From the NCBI GenBank assembly GCA_963764625.1, contig CAVXTH010000005.1:128001-192000 (forward strand): 64,000 nucleotides of DNA, read 5' to 3'. The notes below the pieces were generated by a model. That model did no database searches and was not told the DNA's origin. It saw only the letters and a list, made by a program, of their open reading frames with translations. Shown here in pieces: positions 8,253 through 17,073 of this stretch. The translations under genes and the position numbers were made by a program. The DNA comes from Candidatus Krumholzibacteriota bacterium. Lineage in GTDB: Bacteria > Krumholzibacteriota > Krumholzibacteriia > JAJRXK01. The stretch's first letter is position 1. The number at the start of each line of letters is the position of its first letter.

Positions 8253-10526
8253 CTACTTTCTGCTCGCGCCGGCTTGCTGCAGGGCGTCGACCACCATGGT
8301 CTTGTTGATGACCTCGGGCAAGACGATCGGATCGTCGAATCCTTCGGCGGGGAACACGGCATAGAACGGCACCCCGCTTCTTCCATGCTCGCGCAGAACT
8401 TCCGAGATGACCGGATCCCGCTGCGTCCAATCGCCCAACATGGTGACGACCTTCAGTTCCTTCAACTTGTCCGTCACCTCCCTCGAGTCGATGACCGCCC
8501 TCTCGTTGGCCTTGCAGGTGAGACACCACGCGGCGGTGAAATCGACGAAGACCGTCTTGCCGCTGCTTACCGCCTCCTGCAGAGCATCGGGGCTGAACGG
8601 AACCCACTCGATTCCCTCGACCCGCTGGGCCACTTCGGTGCCGGTCGAGGCCTGTGCGCGGGCGATTCCCTCTGCCGAGAGGGTTTCGCTCAGGAAAACG
8701 CGCCAGCCTCCCACCACGAGTACCAGAGTGAGCACCCACACGAAGACTCTGCGGGGCACTGAAGAACTCAAACTGAGATAGGCGCCGTGGATCCACAGCG
8801 CGAGGGCCAGAACCAGGATGAACCACAGAACGTGCACCATCCCGCTCGAACCGAGCTGCTGCGCGACGACCCAGAGCAGCCACACCACGGTCGCCATGAG
8901 CAGAAAGCCCATGAACTGCTTGAACCGTTCCATCCAGGGCCCGGGCTTGGGGACGAAGCGCAGCCAGGCGGGGTTGATCGAGAGCAGCACGTAGGGAGAT
9001 GCGAGCCCGAGCCCGATGGTGAGAAAAATCGCGATGATGTCGACCGGCTGTTGGGTGAACGCGAAGCCGAGCGCGCTTCCCAAGAAGGGCGCGCTGCAGG
9101 GAGTGGCCAGGATGGTGGCAAGCATTCCGTTGAAGAATTGCTCGCCGTACAGGCTCCCGCGACCGCCCTGGAAGCTGCCGGCGGGGGGAATGACCTCGAA
9201 GAGTCCAAAGAGACTCAGGCCGAAGCCGAAGACGATGGCGATCATCACCACCACAAAAGTGGGATTCTGGAACTGGAAGCCCCAACCGAGGAGCTCACCC
9301 GCGCTCTGGAGCGCGATGACGGTGAGGGCGAGCGCCAGGAAACTCGCGAGCACTCCCAGCGCGAACACCAGGCTCAGCTTCAAGACGGTGGCACGATCGC
9401 GATCGGAGTGCGTGACGAAGCTCATCACTTTCAAGGACAGCACTGGAAGCACGCACGGCATCACGTTCAAGATGAGTCCGCCCAAGAGCGCCAGCAGCAA
9501 GAAGCGCCACAGCGGACCCGCGGCCGCCGTTGCGCCGGTGGCGGTATCGGCGGCAGTGAGGGGATCGAAGATCTCGGGGTTCATGGCTTGGATGGATTTG
9601 CTCTCACCCGCCACCGGGACCTGCGTCTTCAGCTGCAGGTACCAGTGCTTCGGCCCGACTGTCAGCTCGAGAACCCCCGCGAGCAGCGCGTCTTTGCCCT
9701 CGGTCGCATCTTGATTCACGGTGAAAGGCAAAAGGACGGTCAGTTTTCCGTCCTGGCGCTCGAAGTTCGGGTCCAGGCATTGGATCCCGGGGTGGGCCTC
9801 GGGAAACCAGGTGTACTCCGCCTGGCTGAAGTCGACCGGGCCCTCCACCACGAAGGCCGCGTGCGCGCTCTGGCCCAACGGCACCGCGTTGAGGCTGAGA
9901 TACGAACGCGATTGCATTCCCTCATACTCGCTCGCCGTTCGCGGGAGTCGCTCGTGGGCCTGAAGGAAGATCTCGCGCACCGAGGAATCCGGTTCGCTCG
10001 ATGCGGCCACGGGGAGTTGCAGACTCAATTCGGCCTGGCCCGGTACGCAGAGAGCCTTGCACATGAGCCAAGTGACCTTGGCCTTGATCTCGATACTTCC
10101 CTTGGCGGGCAGCTCGGCGGGAACCTCGACTTTGGTCAAGAGAAGCACGTCGTCCATGTAGCCGTAGGTGACGAGATCGCCGCCCTCCACGTAGCGGTGC
10201 GGGGTGGGCCATTGGATCTCTCCCGCTTTCAAGCCCTGGGGCAGAGTCCAGCTGACGGAAGTGGGGAGTCCGGCATCACCACCGTTCTGCCAGTAGGTGT
10301 GCCAGCCCGGTTTCATGTGCAGGTGGATCCCCAGCTCCAGGGTCGAACCCGCAGCGACGGTCTTCGACGAGCTGAGCAGCTGGGCGGTCACCGCGTCGGG
10401 ATCGAGATCCGGGGGGGCGAAATCGTCCTGCCCGCCACTTCCAACTGGCGGAACGGCCCATGCCGTGCCCAGGGTGAGCAGGAGCAGAAGCACCGTCAGC
10501 CAACTGCAATACGAGTTTCTGCGCAT
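8253..10526 (-). CDS. dsbD: Protein-disulfide reductase DsbD/ScsB family (N-terminal periplasmic domain, membrane domain, C-terminal thioredoxin domain)
   Basis: GWHTYWQNGGDAG, CKALC, LNVMPCVLPVL, LATPCSAPFLG, PKPGPWME, DFTAAWCLTCK. Confidence 0.92.
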   Translation of the reverse strand: MRRNSYCSWLTVLLLLLTLGTAWAVPPVGSGGQDDFAPPDLDPDAVTAQLLSSSKTVAAGSTLELGIHLHMKPGWHTYWQNGGDAGLPTSVSWTLPQGLKAGEIQWPTPHRYVEGGDLVTYGYMDDVLLLTKVEVPAELPAKGSIEIKAKVTWLMCKALCVPGQAELSLQLPVAASSEPDSSVREIFLQAHERLPRTASEYEGMQSRSYLSLNAVPLGQSAHAAFVVEGPVDFSQAEYTWFPEAHPGIQCLDPNFERQDGKLTVLLPFTVNQDATEGKDALLAGVLELTVGPKHWYLQLKTQVPVAGESKSIQAMNPEIFDPLTAADTATGATAAAGPLWRFLLLALLGGLILNVMPCVLPVLSLKVMSFVTHSDRDRATVLKLSLVFALGVLASFLALALTVIALQSAGELLGWGFQFQNPTFVVVMIAIVFGFGLSLFGLFEVIPPAGSFQGGRGSLYGEQFFNGMLATILATPCSAPFLGSALGFAFTQQPVDIIAIFLTIGLGLASPYVLLSINPAWLRFVPKPGPWMERFKQFMGFLLMATVVWLLWVVAQQLGSSGMVHVLWFILVLALALWIHGAYLSLSSSVPRRVFVWVLTLVLVVGGWRVFLSETLSAEGIARAQASTGTEVAQRVEGIEWVPFSPDALQEAVSSGKTVFVDFTAAWCLTCKANERAVIDSREVTDKLKELKVVTMLGDWTQRDPVISEVLREHGRSGVPFYAVFPAEGFDDPIVLPEVINKTMVVDALQQAGASRK

Positions 10527-10582
10527 GAGTCTACCTCGGCGACACGCCTCATCCGGCGCTACGAGATGGCCATCAAGATAAG

Positions 10583-10598
10583 GGCAAATTCCGATCCG
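10583..10598 (-). promoter_or_regulatory. Weak candidate sigma54 promoter for the dsbD operon
   Basis: CGGATCGGAATTTGCC = GG-N10-GC; good -12 (TTTGC), poor -24; about 58 nt upstream of ATG 10526. Confidence 0.3.
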
Positions 10599-10617
10599 GC
10601 ACTTCCTCGCGATCGGG

Positions 10618-12402
10618 TCAGCTCAGGGGCCAGAACAAGAGGATGAGGGGCACCGCCACCAGGACCGTGAGAATGGAGAGTGGAACTCCCAGGCGAGGGT
10701 AGTCCGAGAATCGATATCCGCCTGGTCCCAGGACGAGAAGGTTGCACTGATGGCCAATCGGGGTCAGGAACGCGCACGATGCCCCCACCGCCACGGCCAT
10801 GAAGAAGGTATCCGGGCTATAGCCCAACTGAAGTGCGAAACGAAATGCGATTGGCGCCATGATCACCGCGGTGGCCGCATTGTTGATGAGATTCGAGAGC
10901 AGCATGGTGACCAGCAGCATGGTCCCCACGAGTATGTAACCCGGCGCGCCCGGTTCGAGTTCCATCAGCGAGCGGGCGATGGTGGCCGCCCCGCCGCTGC
11001 TCTCCAGAGCCCATCCCAAAGGGAGCGTCGCGCCCAGAAGCACGATCACGGGCCAGTCCACCGCGCTGTAGGCCTCCTTCAGAGTCAGAACCCCCGAGAG
11101 AATCATCAGTACCGCGGCGCCGGTGAACGCCACGCCCAGGGAGAGCACGCCGGTCGCGATTCCCACCACCGCGGCGGCGAAGATGAGCAGACACTTGAGT
11201 GCGCGTGGGGTCGAGACGAGTTCGAGTTCGCGCTCTCGCAGCGGGAGAATCCGCAGGTCGTGGAGAGTCTCGTCCCACTCCTCGGCCCGGGACTGCACCA
11301 GCAGTACGTCCCCCGGGTGGAAAGGGGTCTCGCGCAGTCGGGCCACGATGCTCTCTCCCTGACGGTGGATCGCCAGCACGTTCAAACCCATGCGGCTGCG
11401 CAGCGCCATGCCACGGGCGGTGCGGCCCACCAGAGCCGAGCTCTGCGTGATCACCACTTCCTGTAACACGATTTCGCCCGCTCCCAGTTCGCTCTCGGCA
11501 ATCCGCCGATCGGCCCCCAGCTGCAGATCTCCACTGCGTACCAATTTTCTCAGCTCTTCGCTGGCCGCTTCCATGAGAAGGGCGTCTTCGCTCTCCAAAA
11601 TCTCTTCGGGGGCCGGCGCCAGAATGCGCGTGTCGCCGCGGATGAGTCCCACCACGTTGACGTCGGCGTCCAACTTCGAAAAGGACGAGAGAGGACTGCC
11701 GACCAGACGACTCTGGGGCGGCACCACCACCTCCGCGAAGTACTTCCCCAGGCGATAGAACCCTCTCGTCGACGCAGCGCCCCGGCGCGCGGGGAGGAAT
11801 CGCCAGCCCCAGAGCGAGAGAAAGGCCACCCCCACGAGGGTCAAACCCAAGCCCACCGGAGTGAAGTCGAACATCCTGAACGGAGTTCCCATATGCTCGG
11901 CCCGGATTTGCGCCACCAGGATGTTGGGAGGAGTACCGATGAGCGTGATGAGTCCGCCCAGGAGCGACGCGAAGGCCAGAGGCATCAGAACCTGAGAGGC
12001 CATGCGGCGGGCGTCCCGCGCGACGCGAATGGCCAATGGCATGAGGATGGCCAACGCGCCCGTATTGTTCATGGTCGCCGAGAGCAACGCGGTGCTGCCG
12101 AAGAGAGTCGAGTTCTGCAAGATGGTGCTTCGGCCTTTGCCGCTCAGAAGCCGCGCGAGAGGCTCGGTGAGACCGGCTTTCTCGACCGCGCGGCCCATCA
12201 TGAAGATGGCCGCAACCGAGATCACCGCTTCGTTGCCGAATCCGGCAAAGACGCGGGCGGGCTCCAGAACCCGGGTCACGGCCAGGACCATCAAGGCCAT
12301 AACCGCGACAAGATCTGGTCGCAGACGTCCCCAGAGGAAGAGAACCAGGGCCGCCGCGAGAGTGCTGAATACGATGATCTGTTCCATCTTGGGCACCAGC
12401 AT
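10618..12402 (-). CDS. SLC13/CitMHS-family permease with two TrkA-C (RCK_C) domains
   Basis: SATMNNT, TLIGTPPN, two RCK_C segments, SNLINNAA, FLTPIGHQCN, GPGGYRFSDY; start ATG 12402 or 12387. Confidence 0.92.
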   Translation of the reverse strand: MLVPKMEQIIVFSTLAAALVLFLWGRLRPDLVAVMALMVLAVTRVLEPARVFAGFGNEAVISVAAIFMMGRAVEKAGLTEPLARLLSGKGRSTILQNSTLFGSTALLSATMNNTGALAILMPLAIRVARDARRMASQVLMPLAFASLLGGLITLIGTPPNILVAQIRAEHMGTPFRMFDFTPVGLGLTLVGVAFLSLWGWRFLPARRGAASTRGFYRLGKYFAEVVVPPQSRLVGSPLSSFSKLDADVNVVGLIRGDTRILAPAPEEILESEDALLMEAASEELRKLVRSGDLQLGADRRIAESELGAGEIVLQEVVITQSSALVGRTARGMALRSRMGLNVLAIHRQGESIVARLRETPFHPGDVLLVQSRAEEWDETLHDLRILPLRERELELVSTPRALKCLLIFAAAVVGIATGVLSLGVAFTGAAVLMILSGVLTLKEAYSAVDWPVIVLLGATLPLGWALESSGGAATIARSLMELEPGAPGYILVGTMLLVTMLLSNLINNAATAVIMAPIAFRFALQLGYSPDTFFMAVAVGASCAFLTPIGHQCNLLVLGPGGYRFSDYPRLGVPLSILTVLVAVPLILLFWPLS

Positions 12403-12458
12403 AGCTTTTGGATGGGCGATGAGGCCAGCGAAGGATTGCCGCCTTGCCTCTCCCTCGC

Positions 12459-12487
12459 TTGCCGCCACGGGTCATGGCCCCTACACT
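12459..12487 (+). promoter_or_regulatory. Candidate sigma70 promoter for metG
   Basis: TTGCCG-N17-TACACT, 38 nt upstream of ATG 12526. Confidence 0.55.
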
Positions 12488-12525
12488 GGCGCCTTCGCCA
12501 CTACGATCTCCTCGAGAGGCTCACG

Positions 12526-14214
12526 ATGCCGGATTTCGCGAGAACGCTCGTTACCGCAGCTTTGCCCTACGCGAATGGTCCGATCCACCTCGGACACCTC
12601 GCCGGTGTGTACGTTCCCGCGGACATCTTCGTTCGGTTCAAGAAGCTCATGGGCGAACCGGTACTTTTCATCTGTGGAAGCGATGAGCACGGCGTGCCCA
12701 TCACCCTCGCGGCCGAGAAGGAGGGGATCTCTCCCAAGAAGCTCGTCGACCGCAACTACCTCATGATGAAGGACAGCTTCGAGGCCCTCGGCGTCGAGTT
12801 CGACAACTATTCTCAGACGAGCCGGGAGATTCACTACCGCACCTCGAGCGAGTTCTTCCTCGACCTTCACGCGCAGGGCATTTTGAAGCAGAAGTCGGCT
12901 CTGCAGTTCTACAGCGAATCGGCCGGTCGCTTTCTGCCCGACCGTTACGTCGAGGGCACCTGCCCCTATTGCGATGCGCAGGGCGCTCGCGGAGACCAGT
13001 GCGAGAACTGCGGTTCCCAGATGGAACCGGACAAGCTCATCGATCCCCACAGCGTGGTCGACCAAGAGCCGGTGGGATTGAAGGAGAGCGAGCATTGGTT
13101 CTTCCCCATGGGGGAAATGCAGAAGTTCCTCGAGGGCTGGATCGGCGGCCACTCGGACTGGAAAGAGAACGTGCTGAACTATTGCCGCGGTTGGTTCGAG
13201 CAAGGTCTCGGCGACCGCGCGGTGACCCGCGATCTGGATTGGGGAGTGCCGGTTCCGCTCGTAGGCCACCAGGGCAAAGTGCTGTACGTCTGGTTCGAGG
13301 CTCCCATCGGATACATCTCCGCCACCCGTGAATGGGCCGAAGCCAAGGGCACCCCCGAGGGCTGGCGCGAATGGTGGCAGGATGAGAAGACCCGGATGAT
13401 CCACTTCATCGGCAAGGACAACATCGTCTTCCACGCGCTCCTCTTTCCCGCCATGCTTCACGCGCACAGCGAAGCGTACGTGCTGCCCGACAACATACCG
13501 GCGAACGAGTTCCTCAATCTCGAGGGAAAGAAGCTCTCGACCTCGCGAGGCTACGCGGTGTGGCTTCCCGACTACCTCAAGAGCTTCGAGCCCGACAGTC
13601 TTCGCTACTGTCTTGCGCGTAACCTTCCCGAATCGCGCGACACGAATTTCACCTGGGACGAATTTCAAGCCCGCCACAACAACGAGCTGGCGGACGTCCT
13701 GGGGAACTTCATCAATCGAACCCTCACTTTCGTGATCCGGTACTTCGAGGGAAAAGTTCCGGCGCGGGGCACGCTGGAGGAGAAAGACCGCCAAGCCCTC
13801 GAGGCGATCGAGGCGGCGGCCGTGCGGGTGCGCGAGGACATGGAGAGCTTCCGGATCCGGGCCGCGGCCGAGAGCCTTCTGCTTCTGAGCAAGGAGGCGA
13901 ATCGCTACTTCGACGAAGCCCAGCCCTGGGCCTCGCGCAAGACCGATCTGCGGCGTTGCGGCACCAGCCTCTACGTGTGCTGCCAGTTCATCCGAGCCTT
14001 CGCCGGGCTGTGGGCCATGATCCTGCCTTTCTCCATGCAGCGGCTCTGGGACGCTCTGAGCCTACGGGAGAAACTTTTCGAGAGTGGCTGGCTCGCGGAA
14101 GATTGGATGCTGGAGGAAGGTCATCCCCTGAAGAATCCGGGAATTCTCTTCGAGAAGATCGAGGACGAGCGCATCGCGGCGGAGAAGGAACGCTTGAAGA
14201 CGGTCTCCGGCTGA
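12526..14214 (+). CDS. metG: Methionine--tRNA ligase, short form without C-terminal tRNA-binding domain
   Basis: ALPYANGPIHLGH (HIGH), CPYC and CENC zinc knuckle, FIGKDNI, KLSTS (KMSKS); start ATG 12526. Confidence 0.97.
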   Translation: MPDFARTLVTAALPYANGPIHLGHLAGVYVPADIFVRFKKLMGEPVLFICGSDEHGVPITLAAEKEGISPKKLVDRNYLMMKDSFEALGVEFDNYSQTSREIHYRTSSEFFLDLHAQGILKQKSALQFYSESAGRFLPDRYVEGTCPYCDAQGARGDQCENCGSQMEPDKLIDPHSVVDQEPVGLKESEHWFFPMGEMQKFLEGWIGGHSDWKENVLNYCRGWFEQGLGDRAVTRDLDWGVPVPLVGHQGKVLYVWFEAPIGYISATREWAEAKGTPEGWREWWQDEKTRMIHFIGKDNIVFHALLFPAMLHAHSEAYVLPDNIPANEFLNLEGKKLSTSRGYAVWLPDYLKSFEPDSLRYCLARNLPESRDTNFTWDEFQARHNNELADVLGNFINRTLTFVIRYFEGKVPARGTLEEKDRQALEAIEAAAVRVREDMESFRIRAAAESLLLLSKEANRYFDEAQPWASRKTDLRRCGTSLYVCCQFIRAFAGLWAMILPFSMQRLWDALSLREKLFESGWLAEDWMLEEGHPLKNPGILFEKIEDERIAAEKERLKTVSG

Positions 14215-14340
14215 CCCCCTTCCGGGCCGCGTCCGCGGTCCGGTTTATGCAATTCCATCCTCAAACATTTACGCAGAAGAAGAAACCCTTTCGCGGAATC
14301 GCTGGGAATTTGATGCCCTCAGCTTTGTGGAGAGCTTGCC

Positions 14341-14505
14341 ATGATGAATCGCCTCCTGGTCATGATCGGAGCTTCAGTGGGTTCCACTATCGGCTGGTGG
14401 CTCGGCGCCTTCGTCGGCTTCATGACGGCATTCATACTCAGCATCGTCGGTCTCGCGGCGGGAACCTACTGGGCGCGACGCGTCGTGCGCGAGTACCTGT
14501 GCTGA
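14341..14505 (+). CDS. Small (54 aa) two-helix membrane protein
   Basis: Below the ORF-track cutoff: MMNRLLVMIGASVGSTIGWWLGAFVGFMTAFILSIVGLAAGTYWARRVVREYLC; GGAGAG SD; glycine-zipper-like hydrophobic pattern. Confidence 0.75.
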   Translation: MMNRLLVMIGASVGSTIGWWLGAFVGFMTAFILSIVGLAAGTYWARRVVREYLC

Positions 14506-14523
14506 GAGCGGCCCTTTAGCACC

Positions 14524-15195
14524 TCACGATTCGTCCCGTACGAATATCCGTACCGCTTGATGGGGCCGCGTCATCTTCCAGTCGTACCGGTCCTCGATCC
14601 ATTGCATCGTGGCCTCGCGGTAGAACGCGATGTGGGTCGCGTCCTGCCGGTACCACCACGACTGAAAGTCGCGCGCGGGGTCCAGCAACTCGGTTCGCAC
14701 CGCGAGCACCCCACCGGGAAGCAGCAGCTGGTGAAGGAGCTGCCAGGTGGGACCTGGTTCCCTCAGATGTTCGACGACCTCTATGCAGAGCACGAACTCA
14801 TAGCGCCGCTTGAGAAGCTCGGTGTGGGGGGCGAAGAACGGATCGTAGCTCTTGCACTCGTAACCCAGTTCTTTGAGGAGGAGCTGGGCCACCGGCTCGG
14901 GGCCACAGCCGAAATCCAGACCGAGGCAAGCTCCTCCAAGGGCCTGAGCGCTCGAGCGCGCGCGGCTCTGAAGCCGCTCCACCAGGGGATCGATCGCGCT
15001 TTTGAGATGCTTGCGGTAGCCCTCATCCCGCGGAGAATTCTGGTGCTCGAGATAGCGGGCGCGTTCGGCCCGCGGGCTGAGATGAGCAAGAGAAGCAAGG
15101 AAGACCAGACCGCATTCGGCGCAGGAGTGATAGGCCTCGAGTGAGGCGGCAAGGAAGGGCGAGGTCGATTCGCTTCGGCAGAGTGGACAATTCAT
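14524..15195 (-). CDS. Class I SAM-dependent methyltransferase with N-terminal CxxC...CxxC zinc ribbon
   Basis: MNCPLC, CAECGLVF, GLDFGCGPEP, YDPFF, EVVEH, WWYRQDATHIAFY. Confidence 0.88.
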   Translation of the reverse strand: MNCPLCRSESTSPFLAASLEAYHSCAECGLVFLASLAHLSPRAERARYLEHQNSPRDEGYRKHLKSAIDPLVERLQSRARSSAQALGGACLGLDFGCGPEPVAQLLLKELGYECKSYDPFFAPHTELLKRRYEFVLCIEVVEHLREPGPTWQLLHQLLLPGGVLAVRTELLDPARDFQSWWYRQDATHIAFYREATMQWIEDRYDWKMTRPHQAVRIFVRDES

Positions 15196-15217
15196 CCGCT
15201 TCACTTCCGCCAAACCC

Positions 15218-15994
15218 TCAGGCCTTCAGTTGCAGCCCGATGGGACAGTGATCGCTTCCTCTTACTTCTGGCAGATGGAAACAGCTCTTGGCGCGATCCA
15301 TCAGCTCCTGCGCCACCCAGAAGTAGTCGATCCGCCATCCGACGTTCCTCTCGCGAGCACCCATGCGGTGCGACCACCAGGTATAGTGATCGGTTTCGTC
15401 CCGATGATAGTGCCGGAACGCGTCCACGTAGCCCCGCTTCCGCACTCGGTCCAACCACGCCCTCTCCTCGGGCAGAAAGCCGGTGGTATTGCGATTGGCC
15501 TGCGGGCGCGCGAGATCGATCTCGTTGTGGGCGGTGTTCACGTCTCCACAGAAGATGAGTGGTTTCCGCTCCCGCAGAGACTCACACAATCGCAAGAACG
15601 CGGTGTAGAAACCCAACTTGAAGGGGACGCGCCCGTGGTCGTTTCCCCCGTTGGGAAAGTAGCAGCCGAGAATGTAATAGTCTTCGTACTCGGCCAGGAT
15701 GGTGCGCCCCTCCTTGTCGTACTTCTTCACGCCGGTACCGAACTGCACCGAGAGCGGCTCTTGGCGGCTGTAGAGAGCGGTGCCGCTGTAACCCCTCCTC
15801 GCCCGTGAGGGATTCCAGAAAACGTGATAGCCGGCGGGTCGTGCCATCGGTTCCGGCACTTGCTCCAGCTCGGCCCGCACTTCCTGCAGGCACAACACGT
15901 CGGGACGCACCTGGGAAAACCACGGCATGAAACCCTTCTTGAAGACCGAGCGCGCGCCGTTGACGTTCCAGGAGTAGATGCTCTTGCAGGCCAT
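15218..15994 (-). CDS. xth: Exodeoxyribonuclease III / AP endonuclease
   Basis: SWNVNG, LCLQE, GYSGT, YFPNG, GDVNTAH, GWRIDY, GSDHCP; start ATG 15994 (GTG 16045 possible). Confidence 0.96.
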   Translation of the reverse strand: MACKSIYSWNVNGARSVFKKGFMPWFSQVRPDVLCLQEVRAELEQVPEPMARPAGYHVFWNPSRARRGYSGTALYSRQEPLSVQFGTGVKKYDKEGRTILAEYEDYYILGCYFPNGGNDHGRVPFKLGFYTAFLRLCESLRERKPLIFCGDVNTAHNEIDLARPQANRNTTGFLPEERAWLDRVRKRGYVDAFRHYHRDETDHYTWWSHRMGARERNVGWRIDYFWVAQELMDRAKSCFHLPEVRGSDHCPIGLQLKA

Positions 15995-16013
15995 GAAATC
16001 GTTCCTCGTCCTT

Positions 16014-17036
16014 CTACTGTTCGCGTTTGCTCTCGCCTTGGTCACGGTCTTGTTCTGCGATGCGGCGGCGCAGGCTCAGGCGCTCATCCTCCGGCAGGAA
16101 AGCCGCATCCAGCGCCACCGCGTTCCAACGACGCAGTTCCTCGGCGGAAACGCCGTGGGCCAGACACTCCTCCCACTCGCGCCCCAGACTCGTCTCGAAG
16201 AAGCTGGGATCGTCGCTGCCCAGACAGACGCGCACTCCGTGCGCGGCCAGTCGCGTGACGGGGTGTTCGGCGCGGCTCTTTCTCCAGGCGCCCGAGCGCA
16301 GATTGGAGCCCGGACAGACTTCGAGAACGATGCCCGTCTCCGCCAGCTTCTCCATGAGCTCGACATCCGCGGCGGCCGCGATTCCGTGGCCAATTCGATC
16401 TACACCGAGCTCCATGGCCTCCGCCACCGCTTTGGAAGTGGTGCCTTCTCCCGCGTGCAGCGTGGTTCCCAATCCCGCGGCGCGCGCGTTCTCGTACACC
16501 TCGCGGAATTCGCTTGCCGGCACGGAACTCTCGTCGCCGCCGATTCCCAGACCCACTACCCGTTCCCCACGCAAGACGAGAGCATCCTCTAGAACCCGCC
16601 CCGCGGCCTCCGGGCCAAACTGCCGCACGCCGTCGGCGATGAAGCGCAGATCGACGCCTCCGCGGTCAGCATGCGCCTGCGCCCAACGCGCCAGGGCAGG
16701 CACGATTTCCCTGGGATCGCTCTCGAAATGGTGCATCACCCCGAAAGCGACGAAGAGCTCGGCGTGTACCACGCCCTGGGAGTCGAGAAAGGAGGCCGTG
16801 TCCTGCAGTACCTGCAGATAGGCCGAGGGGCCGTCCAGGAGCCGGGCGGCCCAGGCGAAGAGCTTGAGGAATCCCGCGAGATCATCGAAGCACCAGCGTC
16901 CGTCCCGAAGTCCGCCGGTGGGGGGCGATGGGATAAAGGGACGCTCGCTCCACAGCGCCTGCGCGCGGGTGGGAGTGAGACAGCCTTCCAGATGAAGATG
17001 GAGCTCGACCAGAGGCGGCCGCAACGAGGCGTTCAT
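16014..17036 (-). CDS. add: Adenosine/adenine deaminase family
   Basis: ELHLHLEG, HAGE, RIGHG, EVCPGSN, SDDP. Confidence 0.88.
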   Translation of the reverse strand: MNASLRPPLVELHLHLEGCLTPTRAQALWSERPFIPSPPTGGLRDGRWCFDDLAGFLKLFAWAARLLDGPSAYLQVLQDTASFLDSQGVVHAELFVAFGVMHHFESDPREIVPALARWAQAHADRGGVDLRFIADGVRQFGPEAAGRVLEDALVLRGERVVGLGIGGDESSVPASEFREVYENARAAGLGTTLHAGEGTTSKAVAEAMELGVDRIGHGIAAAADVELMEKLAETGIVLEVCPGSNLRSGAWRKSRAEHPVTRLAAHGVRVCLGSDDPSFFETSLGREWEECLAHGVSAEELRRWNAVALDAAFLPEDERLSLRRRIAEQDRDQGESKREQ

Positions 17037-17073
17037 GAGTGGGGAAAATGATAACGCAGAAGAGCGGCAGCGC

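Noticed and set aside
14236-14251. Sigma54-like CGGTCCGGTTTATGCA before the 54-aa ORF
   Set aside because: Spacing is right but both boxes deviate from consensus; too weak to count in GC-rich DNA.
14500-14560. Cys-TGA at the end of the small membrane ORF as possible selenocysteine read-through
   Set aside because: There is no evident SECIS-like hairpin, and read-through would run antisense into the convergent methyltransferase.
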